DNA of 64,000 nucleotides from Syntrophaceae bacterium UBA4810 (lineage in GTDB: Bacteria; Desulfobacterota; Syntrophia; Syntrophales; Smithellaceae). The translations under genes were made by a program, and so were the position numbers. Positions 36,925-46,188 of this stretch are shown piece by piece. Location: assembly GCA_002402545.1 (NCBI GenBank), contig DHGA01000037.1:39180-103179 (forward strand), read 5' to 3'. Every line of letters begins with the position of its first letter. Position 1 is the stretch's first letter. The notes under the pieces are model-generated. The model worked only from the letters and a program-made list of their open reading frames with translations. It did not search any database and was not told the DNA's origin.

Positions 36925-37571
36925 ACGCCCGCCTCCTCAATGATGTAGTTGGAAAGTTCGTTTTTGCGTAACTTGCCGCGTTTCTTGCCGGCAAGCCTTT
37001 CCTCAAGCCCGGCCAGACCGATTTCCAAAGCATGGACAACCTTACCGGACAAAAGAGCAGGTTTCATCTGGTCAATGATTTTGGTCATTGCTTTTTGATT
37101 AAGCGTCCTGTTATGCCCTTTATCCGGAAGCAGGATAATCTGATGTTCAAAAAGACTCACCAGCAGTAAAACACCCGTCCGGCGGCGTGTAGCAAACAAT
37201 TCACGGGAAAGAAAAAGAGATTCGGCATACTGGCGCACTTCAACTTCAGCCCGGTTGGTGACAAGAAAAAACCGCGCGAATTTTTGCACATACAAAGATA
37301 AAATTGCGGCAATGATACCGGCTATAAGCATGGAGAATACAGATATCAGCACCATGGCATCCGAACACCATTGAGAGAAGAAGAGATCAAAGATAAAAAC
37401 CAGAAAACCGGCAACGGCGGCTCCCAGGGCGAAAGCTTTCCAGGGAATTTCCGCGTAGGAATCACAGCGTTCAATTACCGCCAAAACAATCTGCGCCCCC
37501 GTGAGTTTTTCCGCCTGGGCAATGCGCTTCTCCAGTAAATTGCGTTCCTTGTTGGTTAATATCCTCTTCAT
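36921..37571 (-). CDS. TPM-like domain membrane protein
   Basis: 'LLEKRIAQAEKLTGAQIVLAVIERCDSY' followed by TM helices. Overlaps the downstream TPM gene by 4 nt. ATG 37571 preferred because upstream codons fall in a palindromic repeat. Confidence 0.6.
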   Translation of the reverse strand: MKRILTNKERNLLEKRIAQAEKLTGAQIVLAVIERCDSYAEIPWKAFALGAAVAGFLVFIFDLFFSQWCSDAMVLISVFSMLIAGIIAAILSLYVQKFARFFLVTNRAEVEVRQYAESLFLSRELFATRRRTGVLLLVSLFEHQIILLPDKGHNRTLNQKAMTKIIDQMKPALLSGKVVHALEIGLAGLEERLAGKKRGKLRKNELSNYIIEEAGV

Positions 37572-37589
37572 CAATTTGCCTTTCCGGTC

Positions 37590-37744
37590 GTCATTCCGGC
37601 GAAGATACTGTGTCATAATGTCTTTGCGAGGAAGTGTAACGACCGAAGCAATCTCTTATCTATTTATAGGGATTGCCGCGCTCCCTGCGGGAGCTCGCAA
37701 TGACACATGATGATTGCGACACAGTCTCGAAGGCCGGAATCCAG
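37590..37744. repeat. Mixed family A/B palindromic repeats
   Basis: 'gtcattccggcgaag', 'tgtctttgcgaggaagtgtaacgaccgaagcaatctc', 'gggattgccgcgctccctgcgggagctcgcaatgac' and 'ggccggaatccag'. Confidence 0.8.
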
Positions 37745-37832
37745 CATGTAATGATATTAACTTGTAGAAGTATAAATATAACAGCCCCTTATGTCAAATA
37801 AATAAATCATTGAAATATAAAGAAAATATCCC

Positions 37833-37861
37833 TTGACTTCGCGCAATAAGTAACATAGTGT
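37833..37861 (+). promoter_or_regulatory. Putative sigma70 promoter of cspA (TTGACT-17-TAGTGT) preceding a leader of about 175 nt
   Basis: TTGACT at 37833-37838, a 17-nt spacer, and TAGTGT at 37856-37861. Long 5' leaders are typical of cold-shock genes. Confidence 0.4.
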
Positions 37862-38043
37862 CTCCCCATATCTTGTACCGGGCGATGGTCATTGTAGGTA
37901 GTACGGTACAGTTGAAGTTGAGTTAAAACCATTTGAAGTGCAAAGGCGACCACCATGCTCTTTAGGGACTTGGTGGCTTTTTTATTTCTGCCATGTTGGT
38001 AATTCGACTTTGGGTAAATTTGTAAGAAAGGAGGATACTAATT

Positions 38044-38244
38044 ATGTCAGAAGGTAAAGTAAAATGGTTTAACGAGGCTAAAGGTTTTGGTTTTATCGAG
38101 AAGAGTGACGGCGGGGACATTTTCGTCCATTTCAGCGCCATTCAAAACAGCGGTTTCAAAACTTTGACGGAAGGCCAGTCTGTAAGCTTCGATGTTGTTC
38201 AGGGCAATAAAGGCCCGGCGGCAGAGAATGTTAAGGTCCGCTAA
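38044..38244 (+). CDS. cspA: Cold shock protein (CspA family)
   Basis: '[15 protein letters not shown]' (RNP1) and 'DIFVHFSAI' (RNP2) in a 66-aa protein. RBS AGGAGGA lies upstream. Confidence 0.95.
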   Translation: MSEGKVKWFNEAKGFGFIEKSDGGDIFVHFSAIQNSGFKTLTEGQSVSFDVVQGNKGPAAENVKVR

Positions 38245-38260
38245 TTAAACCGGATAAAAA

Positions 38261-38307
38261 AGAGGCGCTTCATAACGATATTTTGTTGTGGAGCGCCTCT
38301 CTATTTT
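38261..38307 (+). terminator. Putative intrinsic terminator downstream of cspA
   Basis: 9-bp stem AGAGGCGCT / AGCGCCTCT (38261-38269 and 38292-38300) followed by CTATTTT. The loop is long (about 22 nt), so strength is uncertain. Confidence 0.45.
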
Positions 38308-38354
38308 CAGCATATTGAGTAACGCTGAAAAGAAAAATTAAAGAGGAACTTAAA

Positions 38355-38540
38355 ATGGCAAAGTCCATGTATAACTTTGGTAAACATACGAGAGAAAAGG
38401 CAAGACAGCAGAAACAAATGGAGAAAGCTGAAAAGCGCATGATGGCCAAACAGCAGAAAGCTAATATGAAAACGGACGCTCCGAACGAAGACTCAAATAC
38501 AGCCGAGCCGGAACCGGCAGAGGTTACCACTAAAGCATAA
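38355..38540 (+). CDS. Small lysine/glutamine-rich hypothetical protein (61 aa)
   Basis: RBS AGAGGA lies 7-8 nt upstream of the ATG. An antisense 86-aa ORF competes. No recognisable family. Confidence 0.4.
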   Translation: MAKSMYNFGKHTREKARQQKQMEKAEKRMMAKQQKANMKTDAPNEDSNTAEPEPAEVTTKA

Positions 38541-38768
38541 CATCAGGACATACTTAAAAGCCTTCCTCAATATATTGAGGTTCCGTCAAATATTGAGGGC
38601 AAACGGATCATTTCCCACCCTTCCGCTGTTCTATCTATTATTCTAATACACTGTTATTAAAGCACAAATAAGAACTTCCTATTATCATTCGATCATTGGT
38701 GTGTTTTTTGCTCTTATCACTTTTGTGTGAGGTTTAACTCACTCAATTTTTCTAAATTTGTTCGCGGC

Positions 38769-41060
38769 ATGACTTTGAATGACCTTATGAAAAATGATGA
38801 TAAGACAAAGAAGCAGCTCATAGATGAACTGACTCAATTACGCTCAGAATCTTCCGGGGTGGAAAAGACCCGGAAAGAACTGGAATCGATTAAAATGTCC
38901 GAAGGTGCAGCCCGCGAATACTCAGAGAGCATCATCGACACCGTGCGTGAACCATTAATCGCTCTGGATCAGGATTTAAGGGCGGTCTCCGTCAGCCGCT
39001 CTTTTTATAAAGTCTTTAAGGTAAAACCCGAAGAGACCGTGGGACAGCGTATCTATGACCTGGGCAATAAACAATGGGGCATCCCCGAACTTCGGGAGCT
39101 GCTCGAAGAAGTCCTTCCTGAAAAAGAAGCATTTGACGACTTCGAGGTTGAACATAATTTTGAGAACATCGGTCACAAAGTTATGCTGCTCAATGCCCGC
39201 CAAATACACCGGAAAGACATCGGCGCAAAGATGATCCTCCTGGCCATTGAGGACATAACCGTGCGCAGAGAGATAGAAAAGGGGTTGGAAGAAACCCGTA
39301 AAGAACTGGCCGTAGCTAAAATATCCGAAGATGCAGCCCGCGAATACGCCGAGAGCGTTATCAACACGGTGCGTGAACCTTTAATAGCTCTGGATCAGGA
39401 TTTAAGAGTAATCACCGCCAGCCGTTCCTTTTACAGCTTCTTTAAGGTTAAACCTGAAGAGACCGTGGGACGGCTTATCTATGAACTCGGCGACAAACAA
39501 TGGGATATCCCCAGACTGCGGGAACTGCTGGAAAACATCCTTCCCCAAAAGACAACCTTTGATAGCTATGAGGTGGAACACGATTTTGCCACTATTGGCA
39601 GCCGCATAATGCTTTTAAATGCCCGGCAAATTAAAAGAGTTTTCGGAAAAGAGCGGATCATTCTTCTGGCCATTGAAGACATCACCGAGCGCAAGCAACT
39701 GGAAGGTATATTAATAGATTCCGAAGAGCAATACAGGCGTCTTTTTGAGACCGCCAGCGACGCGATAATACTATTAGAAAAACGCAAAGGGGAAATAGCC
39801 AACGTGAATCCGGCAACCGAAAAGTTGCTGGGCTATACCAATAAGGAGAGCATCGGCAATACGCTTCAAGACATTGGCGTGTTGCTCGATATGGGTAATT
39901 TTCAGACGACAATACAAAATTTGAACAAGAGCGGCATTCTTAATTACGATGATGTTCCGGTAAAGACCAAGTCCGGACAACTTATCAATACGGATATCTA
40001 TCTCGCCAACCGAGCAAAGTTGATACAATGCAATATTTGTGACATTACCGAGCGCAAGCAGCAAGAGGAGGATATGCTCAGGACAAATACATTGCTAAAC
40101 TCGATTATCGAGAATATTCCTACTATGCTCTTCCTCAAGAACGCCAAGGACCTCCGGTTCGTCCGCTTCAACCGGGCAGGAGAGGAGTTACTCGGTCAAT
40201 CCAGGGATGACCTGATCGGGAAGAGCGATTATGATTTCTTTCCGAAGACGCAAGCGGACTTCTTTACACAGAGCGACCGGGATGTTCTTTTTGGAAAAAA
40301 GCTTATTGATATTCCTGAAGAGCATATCCAAACCACCCAGGGAGAAAAAATCCTGCACACAAAGAAGCTCCCGCTTCTAAACGAGAAGGGGGAGCCCTCG
40401 TTCCTGCTTGGGATTTCCGAGGACATCACCGAACAGAAAAAGAACGAGGAAAAACTCAAAAATGCGCTTGAGAATCTCAGGAGCGCGTTGAACTCGATCA
40501 TTCATGTTTTGGTGTCCGCTGTGGAGTCCAGAGATCCCTATACGTCCGGCCACCAGATCCGGACGGCGAACCTTGCCTTTGCCATTGCCACAGAGATGGG
40601 TTTACCTCACGAAAAAATTGAAGCCATCCGCATGGCGGGTCCAATTCATGATATCGGGAAATTATCGATCCCAGCGGAGATATTATCCAGGCCTACCAAG
40701 CTGACGGAACTCGAGTTTTCCCTGGTTAAAGAACACTCCCGGGCGGGATACGAAATTCTGAAGGATGTGGAATCACCCTGGCCATTGGCAGAGATTGTTT
40801 ATCAGCACCATGAACGGATGGATGGTTCAGGTTATCCAAGAAAATTGAAAGGTGATGAGATTCTACTGGAAGCCCGTATTATGGCTGTGGCTGATGTTGT
40901 GGAAGCAATGGCCTCCCATCGTCCCTATCGCCCCGCTTTAGGTATTGATGTGGCCACAGAGGAAATCAGGAAAAATAGAGGAACCCTCTATGATGCCGAT
41001 GCCGTAGATGCCTGCCTGAGATTATTTCGGGAAAAAGGCTACCGCCTTCCAACGGCATGA
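38769..41060 (+). CDS. Multi-PAS - HD-GYP domain protein (no receiver domain)
   Basis: A tandem duplicated unit of about 110 aa ('AAREY.ES.I.TVREPLIALDQDLR...LLAIEDIT.R'), further PAS units, and HD-GYP 'DPYTSGHQIRT..HDIGK..HHERMDGSGYP'. Start uncertain (38727 GTG, or 38769/38787 ATG). Confidence 0.85.
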   Translation: MTLNDLMKNDDKTKKQLIDELTQLRSESSGVEKTRKELESIKMSEGAAREYSESIIDTVREPLIALDQDLRAVSVSRSFYKVFKVKPEETVGQRIYDLGNKQWGIPELRELLEEVLPEKEAFDDFEVEHNFENIGHKVMLLNARQIHRKDIGAKMILLAIEDITVRREIEKGLEETRKELAVAKISEDAAREYAESVINTVREPLIALDQDLRVITASRSFYSFFKVKPEETVGRLIYELGDKQWDIPRLRELLENILPQKTTFDSYEVEHDFATIGSRIMLLNARQIKRVFGKERIILLAIEDITERKQLEGILIDSEEQYRRLFETASDAIILLEKRKGEIANVNPATEKLLGYTNKESIGNTLQDIGVLLDMGNFQTTIQNLNKSGILNYDDVPVKTKSGQLINTDIYLANRAKLIQCNICDITERKQQEEDMLRTNTLLNSIIENIPTMLFLKNAKDLRFVRFNRAGEELLGQSRDDLIGKSDYDFFPKTQADFFTQSDRDVLFGKKLIDIPEEHIQTTQGEKILHTKKLPLLNEKGEPSFLLGISEDITEQKKNEEKLKNALENLRSALNSIIHVLVSAVESRDPYTSGHQIRTANLAFAIATEMGLPHEKIEAIRMAGPIHDIGKLSIPAEILSRPTKLTELEFSLVKEHSRAGYEILKDVESPWPLAEIVYQHHERMDGSGYPRKLKGDEILLEARIMAVADVVEAMASHRPYRPALGIDVATEEIRKNRGTLYDADAVDACLRLFREKGYRLPTA

Positions 41061-41120
41061 TTTCAAACGTTACCCTTCGCATTCATTGAAATCTGCCCTT
41101 AAAAAATTAGCCTAATATTA

Positions 41121-41149
41121 TTGACATTTCGCCGATTCGGGCATATAAA
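41121..41149 (+). promoter_or_regulatory. Putative sigma70 promoter (TTGACA-17-TATAAA)
   Basis: TTGACA at 41121-41126, a 17-nt spacer, and TATAAA at 41144-41149. Lies about 110 nt upstream of the small membrane ORF. Confidence 0.45.
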
Positions 41150-41259
41150 ATTATGAAACGTATCAATTTCATTGTTTAGGGTTTGTATAATATTTAAGCA
41201 AAGCGTTATGCAAGCTTCCCGAAAACACTCTTAACTCTTTTACAGAAAGGAGTATTACA

Positions 41260-41415
41260 ATGAATCTACCTAAAAATCTCGGCATACTGTTGTTGGGTAT
41301 CTGGCTCATCATCCATGGGCTGATACAGGTGTTGGCTCTCAGTTTTTCCGGGCTCTATTTACTCATGGGCATCTTCGCCATCATCATCGGCGTTTTGCTC
41401 ATCCTACAGCGATAA
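41260..41415 (+). CDS. Small hydrophobic membrane protein (51 aa), not in the ORF track
   Basis: My own translation is MNLPKNLGILLLGIWLIIHGLIQVLALSFSGLYLLMGIFAIIIGVLLILQR*. RBS AAAGGAG lies 8 nt upstream. Two predicted TM helices. Confidence 0.5.
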   Translation: MNLPKNLGILLLGIWLIIHGLIQVLALSFSGLYLLMGIFAIIIGVLLILQR

Positions 41416-41431
41416 TCCGAAATGATTCGTG

Positions 41432-41466
41432 GTCAGGTCTGGAAAACTGTTTTTTCCAGATCTGAC
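41432..41466 (+). terminator. Strong hairpin downstream of the small membrane ORF (possible terminator)
   Basis: 15-bp stem GTCAGGTCTGGAAAA / TTTTCCAGATCTGAC (one G-U pair) with a 5-nt loop. No clean 3' U-tract outside the stem, so terminator function is uncertain. Confidence 0.4.
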
Positions 41467-41673
41467 TCTAAATGTGGACTAATATTTTTTTAAAAAAGGA
41501 TATTTTTACGATAACGTATATTTTCTGAAAAATAACGCTTTTCATAGTTCCTCCCGATATTTATAAATATTTAATCTCGACAAAAAACAGGACTCAGACA
41601 CACAATAGAAACAACGAGCACTAGACGACAAACATTACCACACGATACTTCACATTTTGTAATGAAGATCACC

Positions 41674-41702
41674 TTGACAGACAATGTTGTATTTCCTATA
41701 CT
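41674..41702 (+). promoter_or_regulatory. Near-consensus sigma70 promoter upstream of the Ssp-like operon (TTGACA-17-TATACT)
   Basis: TTGACA at 41674-41679, exactly 17 nt of spacer, and TATACT at 41697-41702. Lies about 60 nt upstream of ATG 41766. Confidence 0.55.
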
Positions 41703-41765
41703 TTCGATCAAGAAAAACGGCTTGTTGCTTGGTCTGGAATCTTTATTATAAATAGAGCAAAGTTT

Positions 41766-42734
41766 ATGCAATTATTAAAAAATATCCGTTATTCTGGACA
41801 TGAAACTTTTGTATGTCGATATGCATGGTTGCCAAAGGCTGTGTCGGCGGTAGTAAATGATTCAGCCATCCTTGCCTCGGCCAATGAAGACAAGGCTATG
41901 GTAGAGCTAGGGGTGGGCAAAAATATGGTTCGGTCAATCCGTTTTTGGGCAGAAGCTTCCGCAATTATTACGGCTACAAAAGAAGGACATGAAGTATCTG
42001 AATTTGGCAAGCAGATACTTTTGAACGATGATGCTCTTGATCCTTTCCTCGAAGATGTTCAAACACTTTGGCTCATTCACTGGAAACTAGCCACAAATCA
42101 AAAGGCTCTTATTTTTTCATGGGAATATCTGCTAAATCAATTTCATGAACCTGAGCTTTATACCTCGGCAGTTGTTCGTGCATTTACAAAAGCTTTATCT
42201 CAAAATTCTGATAAAAAAATCTCTCAGGGCTCTCTAGAACAACTATTTGATGTTTTCCTGCATTCATATGTTCCGACACGAGGGCGTAAAGGCGAAGTCC
42301 GTGAGGATAACCTTGATTGTCCTTTGGTTGAGCTAGAGTTCTTGCACCATTCAGGGTTCACCAAGTCGGCTTTATACCAGGGCCGGCAGGAAGCAAAATA
42401 TGTATTTCGCCAAGAAGAAAAGCCCGAAATTAGTCAAGCCCTCTTCGCTTTTTGTTTGGAAGAATTTTGGCAGAATAGGTTTTTATCAGGGGAAGTAGTC
42501 GAGCAATCCATTCCCTTCCATGCAATTGTTTCAAGCCATGGCAGTCCGGGACAGGTTTTTAAGATTCCTGAACATGATATCAGGACTCGACTGTATGGTG
42601 TTGAGAAACAAACCGATGGCTTCTTCACTTTTGAAGAATCTGCTGCGATACCTCGGGTAGTACGGCATGATGATACCCAAGGTGCGCTTCCATCACTTGC
42701 CAGTATTTATCAACGGGAAACTGCAAATGCATAA
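41766..42734 (+). CDS. sspB: DUF4007-like protein (SspB-like, phosphorothioation system component)
   Basis: N-terminus 'YSGHETFVCRYAWLPKAV' matches my recollection of the DUF4007 'GHETF..R..WL.K' signature. Context is immediately upstream of a large P-loop ATPase and a PAPS-reductase-like gene, as in sspBCD. Confidence 0.65.
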   Translation: MQLLKNIRYSGHETFVCRYAWLPKAVSAVVNDSAILASANEDKAMVELGVGKNMVRSIRFWAEASAIITATKEGHEVSEFGKQILLNDDALDPFLEDVQTLWLIHWKLATNQKALIFSWEYLLNQFHEPELYTSAVVRAFTKALSQNSDKKISQGSLEQLFDVFLHSYVPTRGRKGEVREDNLDCPLVELEFLHHSGFTKSALYQGRQEAKYVFRQEEKPEISQALFAFCLEEFWQNRFLSGEVVEQSIPFHAIVSSHGSPGQVFKIPEHDIRTRLYGVEKQTDGFFTFEESAAIPRVVRHDDTQGALPSLASIYQRETANA

Positions 42735-45700
42735 TGTGTACATGTCCTCATTGCATCAATATTCAAATCGTTTCCTCCGCTCAACAGATCTATTGCGTGA
42801 TTTTGATGACCCCAATGGGCTACAGGGATATTGTTTAACCGACTTCGGGCTTTCTTGCATGCATCGTATTTCCGAAGGATTAAAAACAAATTCAAGTCGA
42901 CGTGCTTGGCGTTTGACCGGTGATTTCGGTTCCGGAAAATCTTCTTTTGCGCTGTTTCTTGCCAATGCTCTGCGGGATGCTAAGAGACGTTTGCCGAAAG
43001 AATTGCACGAGCTTGTTATTGCAGAAATTCCAGAAATAAAAAAAACACACTATGTTCCTGTTCTAATAGTTGGAAATCGTGGAGCTATAGCCCCGGCTAT
43101 ACTTCGTGCGTTGCAGGTTGTGCTTAAGGAATTATTTTCACGTGGGACAAAATCTGCAGTTGAGCTTGCTATTGAAAAAATGCTGCAGAAAAAAAAGTTT
43201 TCGGATGATGAGGCTCTTCATCTGATTCGTGAAGCAAATATTAAGATCATTCAGAGTGGTAAAGCAAGTGGCATGCTCCTTATTCTTGATGAGGTTGGAA
43301 AACACCTTGAATTTGCCGCATTACATCCCGAACTGCAAGATATATATTTCCTACAGCAATTGGCTGAAATGGCTAGCCGAAGTGGTAAACAACCTTTTAT
43401 GTTTATTTGCTTACTGCATCAGGGATTTAATGCTTATGCTGAGCAGTTGACACAAGCGACGCAGCGTGAGTGGGAAAAGATATCCGGTAGGTTTGATGAA
43501 ATAATATTTCAACAACCACTGGATCAAATTGCTTTGCTGATATCATCTGCACTGAATCCTGTTATTGAGAAAATCCCTCTTGAGTTTAAAAAAGCCTCAT
43601 TGCAATCATTAAACAAAGCAATTGAATTAGGTTGGTTCGGCACAACTGCAAGACGAGACAACCTACATAGGTTCCACAACGGTCTTTTCCCTCTAGACCC
43701 TATGGTTCTTCCAGTCTTAGTACGTACGTTTCAACGATATGGGCAAAACGAACGTTCCCTTTTTAGTTTTTTATCTGCACATGAACCATTTGGGTTGCGC
43801 AGTTTTTCAAATAGGCCACTGTCAAATAAAAGTCATTTATATCAGCTTGCTGATTTTTATGATTACGCGAGAGCCAATTTTGGTCATCGTCTTGCGGTTG
43901 CTAGTTATCGCACTCATTGGAATGTCATAGAATCGATTATAGAAGCTAGAACCACTGATAATCCCTTGGAGCTGCGCGTTCTTAAAACGGTCGGCATTCT
44001 CAATTTGCTTAACTCTGATGATTTTCTTCCTACAGAAGATGCTATCTGCTGGGCGGTTGGTTGTCTTTCTCAAAATATGAGACAAGCTGTCAAGAAACAG
44101 CTTGGTAAATTAAATAAGGAACATGTTATTTATTTCCGCGGAGCCGCACGCGGGTACTCGCTTTGGCCATATACGAGCGTTGATATCGAGGGGCGCTTAG
44201 AAGAAGCAAAAAAAGTTATTCCACAGGTTCCTCAAATTGCCCAAGCTATAACAGAACAAATTGATAGCCGGCCAATTGTTGCACGAGCTCATTATATAAA
44301 AACAGGGAATCTCCGTTACTTCGATATTATGTATTGTAAGCCAAATGATTTAGTTGAAAAAGCCGTTAAGCATAAAAGTCAGGCTGACGGACTTATTCTG
44401 ATACCATTATGCGAAACTCAGGAAGAACACAAGCAGGCTAAGGCAAATGCTCTTTTATTTGAAAGGCGAGATGATGGGTTGATTCAGCTTGTTGCGGTGC
44501 CTCAACCACTTAGTTATTTGCAGCCGGTTGTTTTGGATGCCCAGCGATGGGAATGGGTGCAGACAAATACGCCAGAACTTAAGGATGATCGATTTGCTGC
44601 CGAGGAGGTTCATCTTCATTTACAAGAAGCCCGCAACCGTCTTCAAAAACAGCTACAATCTTATATAGGCTTAAATAAAAATTCAAACCGTTCTACTTTG
44701 ACATGGTTCTATCTTGGGGATGAGTATTCAAAGTTATCCGGACGAGAAGTACTTAGTTGGTTGTCTGAAATTTGCGACAAAACATTTACCAAAGCGCCAG
44801 TAATTAAGAATGAGTTGATAAACCGTAACAATATTAGCTCAGCTGCTGCTGCTGCGCGAATGCGTTTGTTGGAATTGATGTTTTCAAATGCAGATAAGGA
44901 AGATCTTGGCCTGCAGGAAGATCGAAAGCCTCCAGAAAAATCCATGTATCTTTCTGTGCTTAAAAAAGCTGGGTTACACTTTGCGCAAAATGGCAAATGG
45001 CAAATAGCCCTTCCAGTCGGGAAAGATACCTCTAATGTTAAGCCAACGCTTATAAAAATACAAAAAATTATTTCAAAGCACCCTGATAACCGGATTTCAA
45101 TTCGAGAACTTATAGACAAACTGCGCCGCCCACCATATGGTTTACGTGATGGTCTCTTCCCCATCTTTCTTGCTGTGATCGCTATAATTGACGAACAAGA
45201 AATTGCTTTTTATGAAAATGGTACGTTCTTGGCAGAAATGGGCAAAGATGCTTTTCTCAGGATGATAAAGGTCCCTGAAAAATTTGATATCCAGTATTGT
45301 AAAATCGAGGGTGTCCGCTCAGCACTTTTTCATAAATTGGCCGTGGCCTTAGAACTCATTGAAAATAACAATCAAAAAGTTGAATTACTAGATGTTGTCC
45401 GAAAACTTTGCCAGTTTGTTGCTCATTTACCTGATTATGTTCTCAACACGAAGCGTATTTCTGCAAAGGCTTTGGCTGTTCGGACGGTTATAATGGATGC
45501 TCGTGAGCCTGTACGAATGATATTTCATGATTTGCCCGTTGCATGCGGTTTTCACGCATTTGAAGTAAACAAGCCGGTAGCTATAAAAGAAGCTCAGCAA
45601 TTTGTGGAAAAACTCAAAGGATCGCTTGATGAACTTCGAGGCACTTTTATAAATCTTCAACGCCGGATTGATAAGGGTATAGCAAAAGAATTTGGATATA

Positions 45701-46188
45701 GCGATCAGCGTGCCGGTCAATATCGTTCAAATTTAGCTGCCCGTGCTGAACAATTGCTTTTACAGATAGAAGAAAGCAAGTTGAAAGCATTTGCTTTCAG
45801 AATATTTGATGAGGGGTTATCTGAGTCTGAATGGTTGGAATCCGTCGGGAGTCTACTCGCATTACGACCACCAAGCAGATGGAAAGATGATGATGAAGAT
45901 ACCTTTCAAAGAGAATTAGAAAACATTTCTAGCCGCTTTAAAAGGGCTGAAAGTATCGTTTACGCGAATGGTGGTGGTAAATCTAAAACTAGTTTACGGA
46001 TTGCGGTTACTAAGGCTGATGGATCAGAGCGTCAGGAAGTAATTCATTTTGATGTGCAAGAAGAAAATGTTTTGAAAAATATCCAAAATCAGATAGCAGA
46101 AATAATTGAAAAAAATGAACGTCTCGGCGTAGCAGCAGCCTCGCGTGCTATCTGGACTCGTTTAAAATCAATCGAGGAAGATAAATGA
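42727..46188 (+). CDS. sspC: Large P-loop NTPase (SspC-like)
   Basis: Walker A 'GDFGSGKSSFAL', Walker B 'MLLILDEVGKH', and a long helical C-terminal region. The start (ATG 42727 or 42742) overlaps or abuts the sspB-like stop. The stop overlaps the next ATG (ATGA at 46185). Confidence 0.6.
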   Translation: MHNVYMSSLHQYSNRFLRSTDLLRDFDDPNGLQGYCLTDFGLSCMHRISEGLKTNSSRRAWRLTGDFGSGKSSFALFLANALRDAKRRLPKELHELVIAEIPEIKKTHYVPVLIVGNRGAIAPAILRALQVVLKELFSRGTKSAVELAIEKMLQKKKFSDDEALHLIREANIKIIQSGKASGMLLILDEVGKHLEFAALHPELQDIYFLQQLAEMASRSGKQPFMFICLLHQGFNAYAEQLTQATQREWEKISGRFDEIIFQQPLDQIALLISSALNPVIEKIPLEFKKASLQSLNKAIELGWFGTTARRDNLHRFHNGLFPLDPMVLPVLVRTFQRYGQNERSLFSFLSAHEPFGLRSFSNRPLSNKSHLYQLADFYDYARANFGHRLAVASYRTHWNVIESIIEARTTDNPLELRVLKTVGILNLLNSDDFLPTEDAICWAVGCLSQNMRQAVKKQLGKLNKEHVIYFRGAARGYSLWPYTSVDIEGRLEEAKKVIPQVPQIAQAITEQIDSRPIVARAHYIKTGNLRYFDIMYCKPNDLVEKAVKHKSQADGLILIPLCETQEEHKQAKANALLFERRDDGLIQLVAVPQPLSYLQPVVLDAQRWEWVQTNTPELKDDRFAAEEVHLHLQEARNRLQKQLQSYIGLNKNSNRSTLTWFYLGDEYSKLSGREVLSWLSEICDKTFTKAPVIKNELINRNNISSAAAAARMRLLELMFSNADKEDLGLQEDRKPPEKSMYLSVLKKAGLHFAQNGKWQIALPVGKDTSNVKPTLIKIQKIISKHPDNRISIRELIDKLRRPPYGLRDGLFPIFLAVIAIIDEQEIAFYENGTFLAEMGKDAFLRMIKVPEKFDIQYCKIEGVRSALFHKLAVALELIENNNQKVELLDVVRKLCQFVAHLPDYVLNTKRISAKALAVRTVIMDAREPVRMIFHDLPVACGFHAFEVNKPVAIKEAQQFVEKLKGSLDELRGTFINLQRRIDKGIAKEFGYSDQRAGQYRSNLAARAEQLLLQIEESKLKAFAFRIFDEGLSESEWLESVGSLLALRPPSRWKDDDEDTFQRELENISSRFKRAESIVYANGGGKSKTSLRIAVTKADGSERQEVIHFDVQEENVLKNIQNQIAEIIEKNERLGVAAASRAIWTRLKSIEEDK

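Noticed and set aside
38270-38530. 86-aa hydrophobic minus-strand ORF opposite the small Lys-rich ORF
   Set aside because: No RBS is seen. The plus-strand ORF has AGAGGA at proper spacing and follows the cspA terminator. Neither is certain, so the plus-strand call is given low confidence.
42667-42726. The earliest ATG (42667) as the SspC-like start
   Set aside because: It would overlap the sspB-like gene by 68 nt. The ATG at 42727 (ATGCATAA overlap with the stop) or at 42742 gives the usual coupled arrangement. This remains uncertain.
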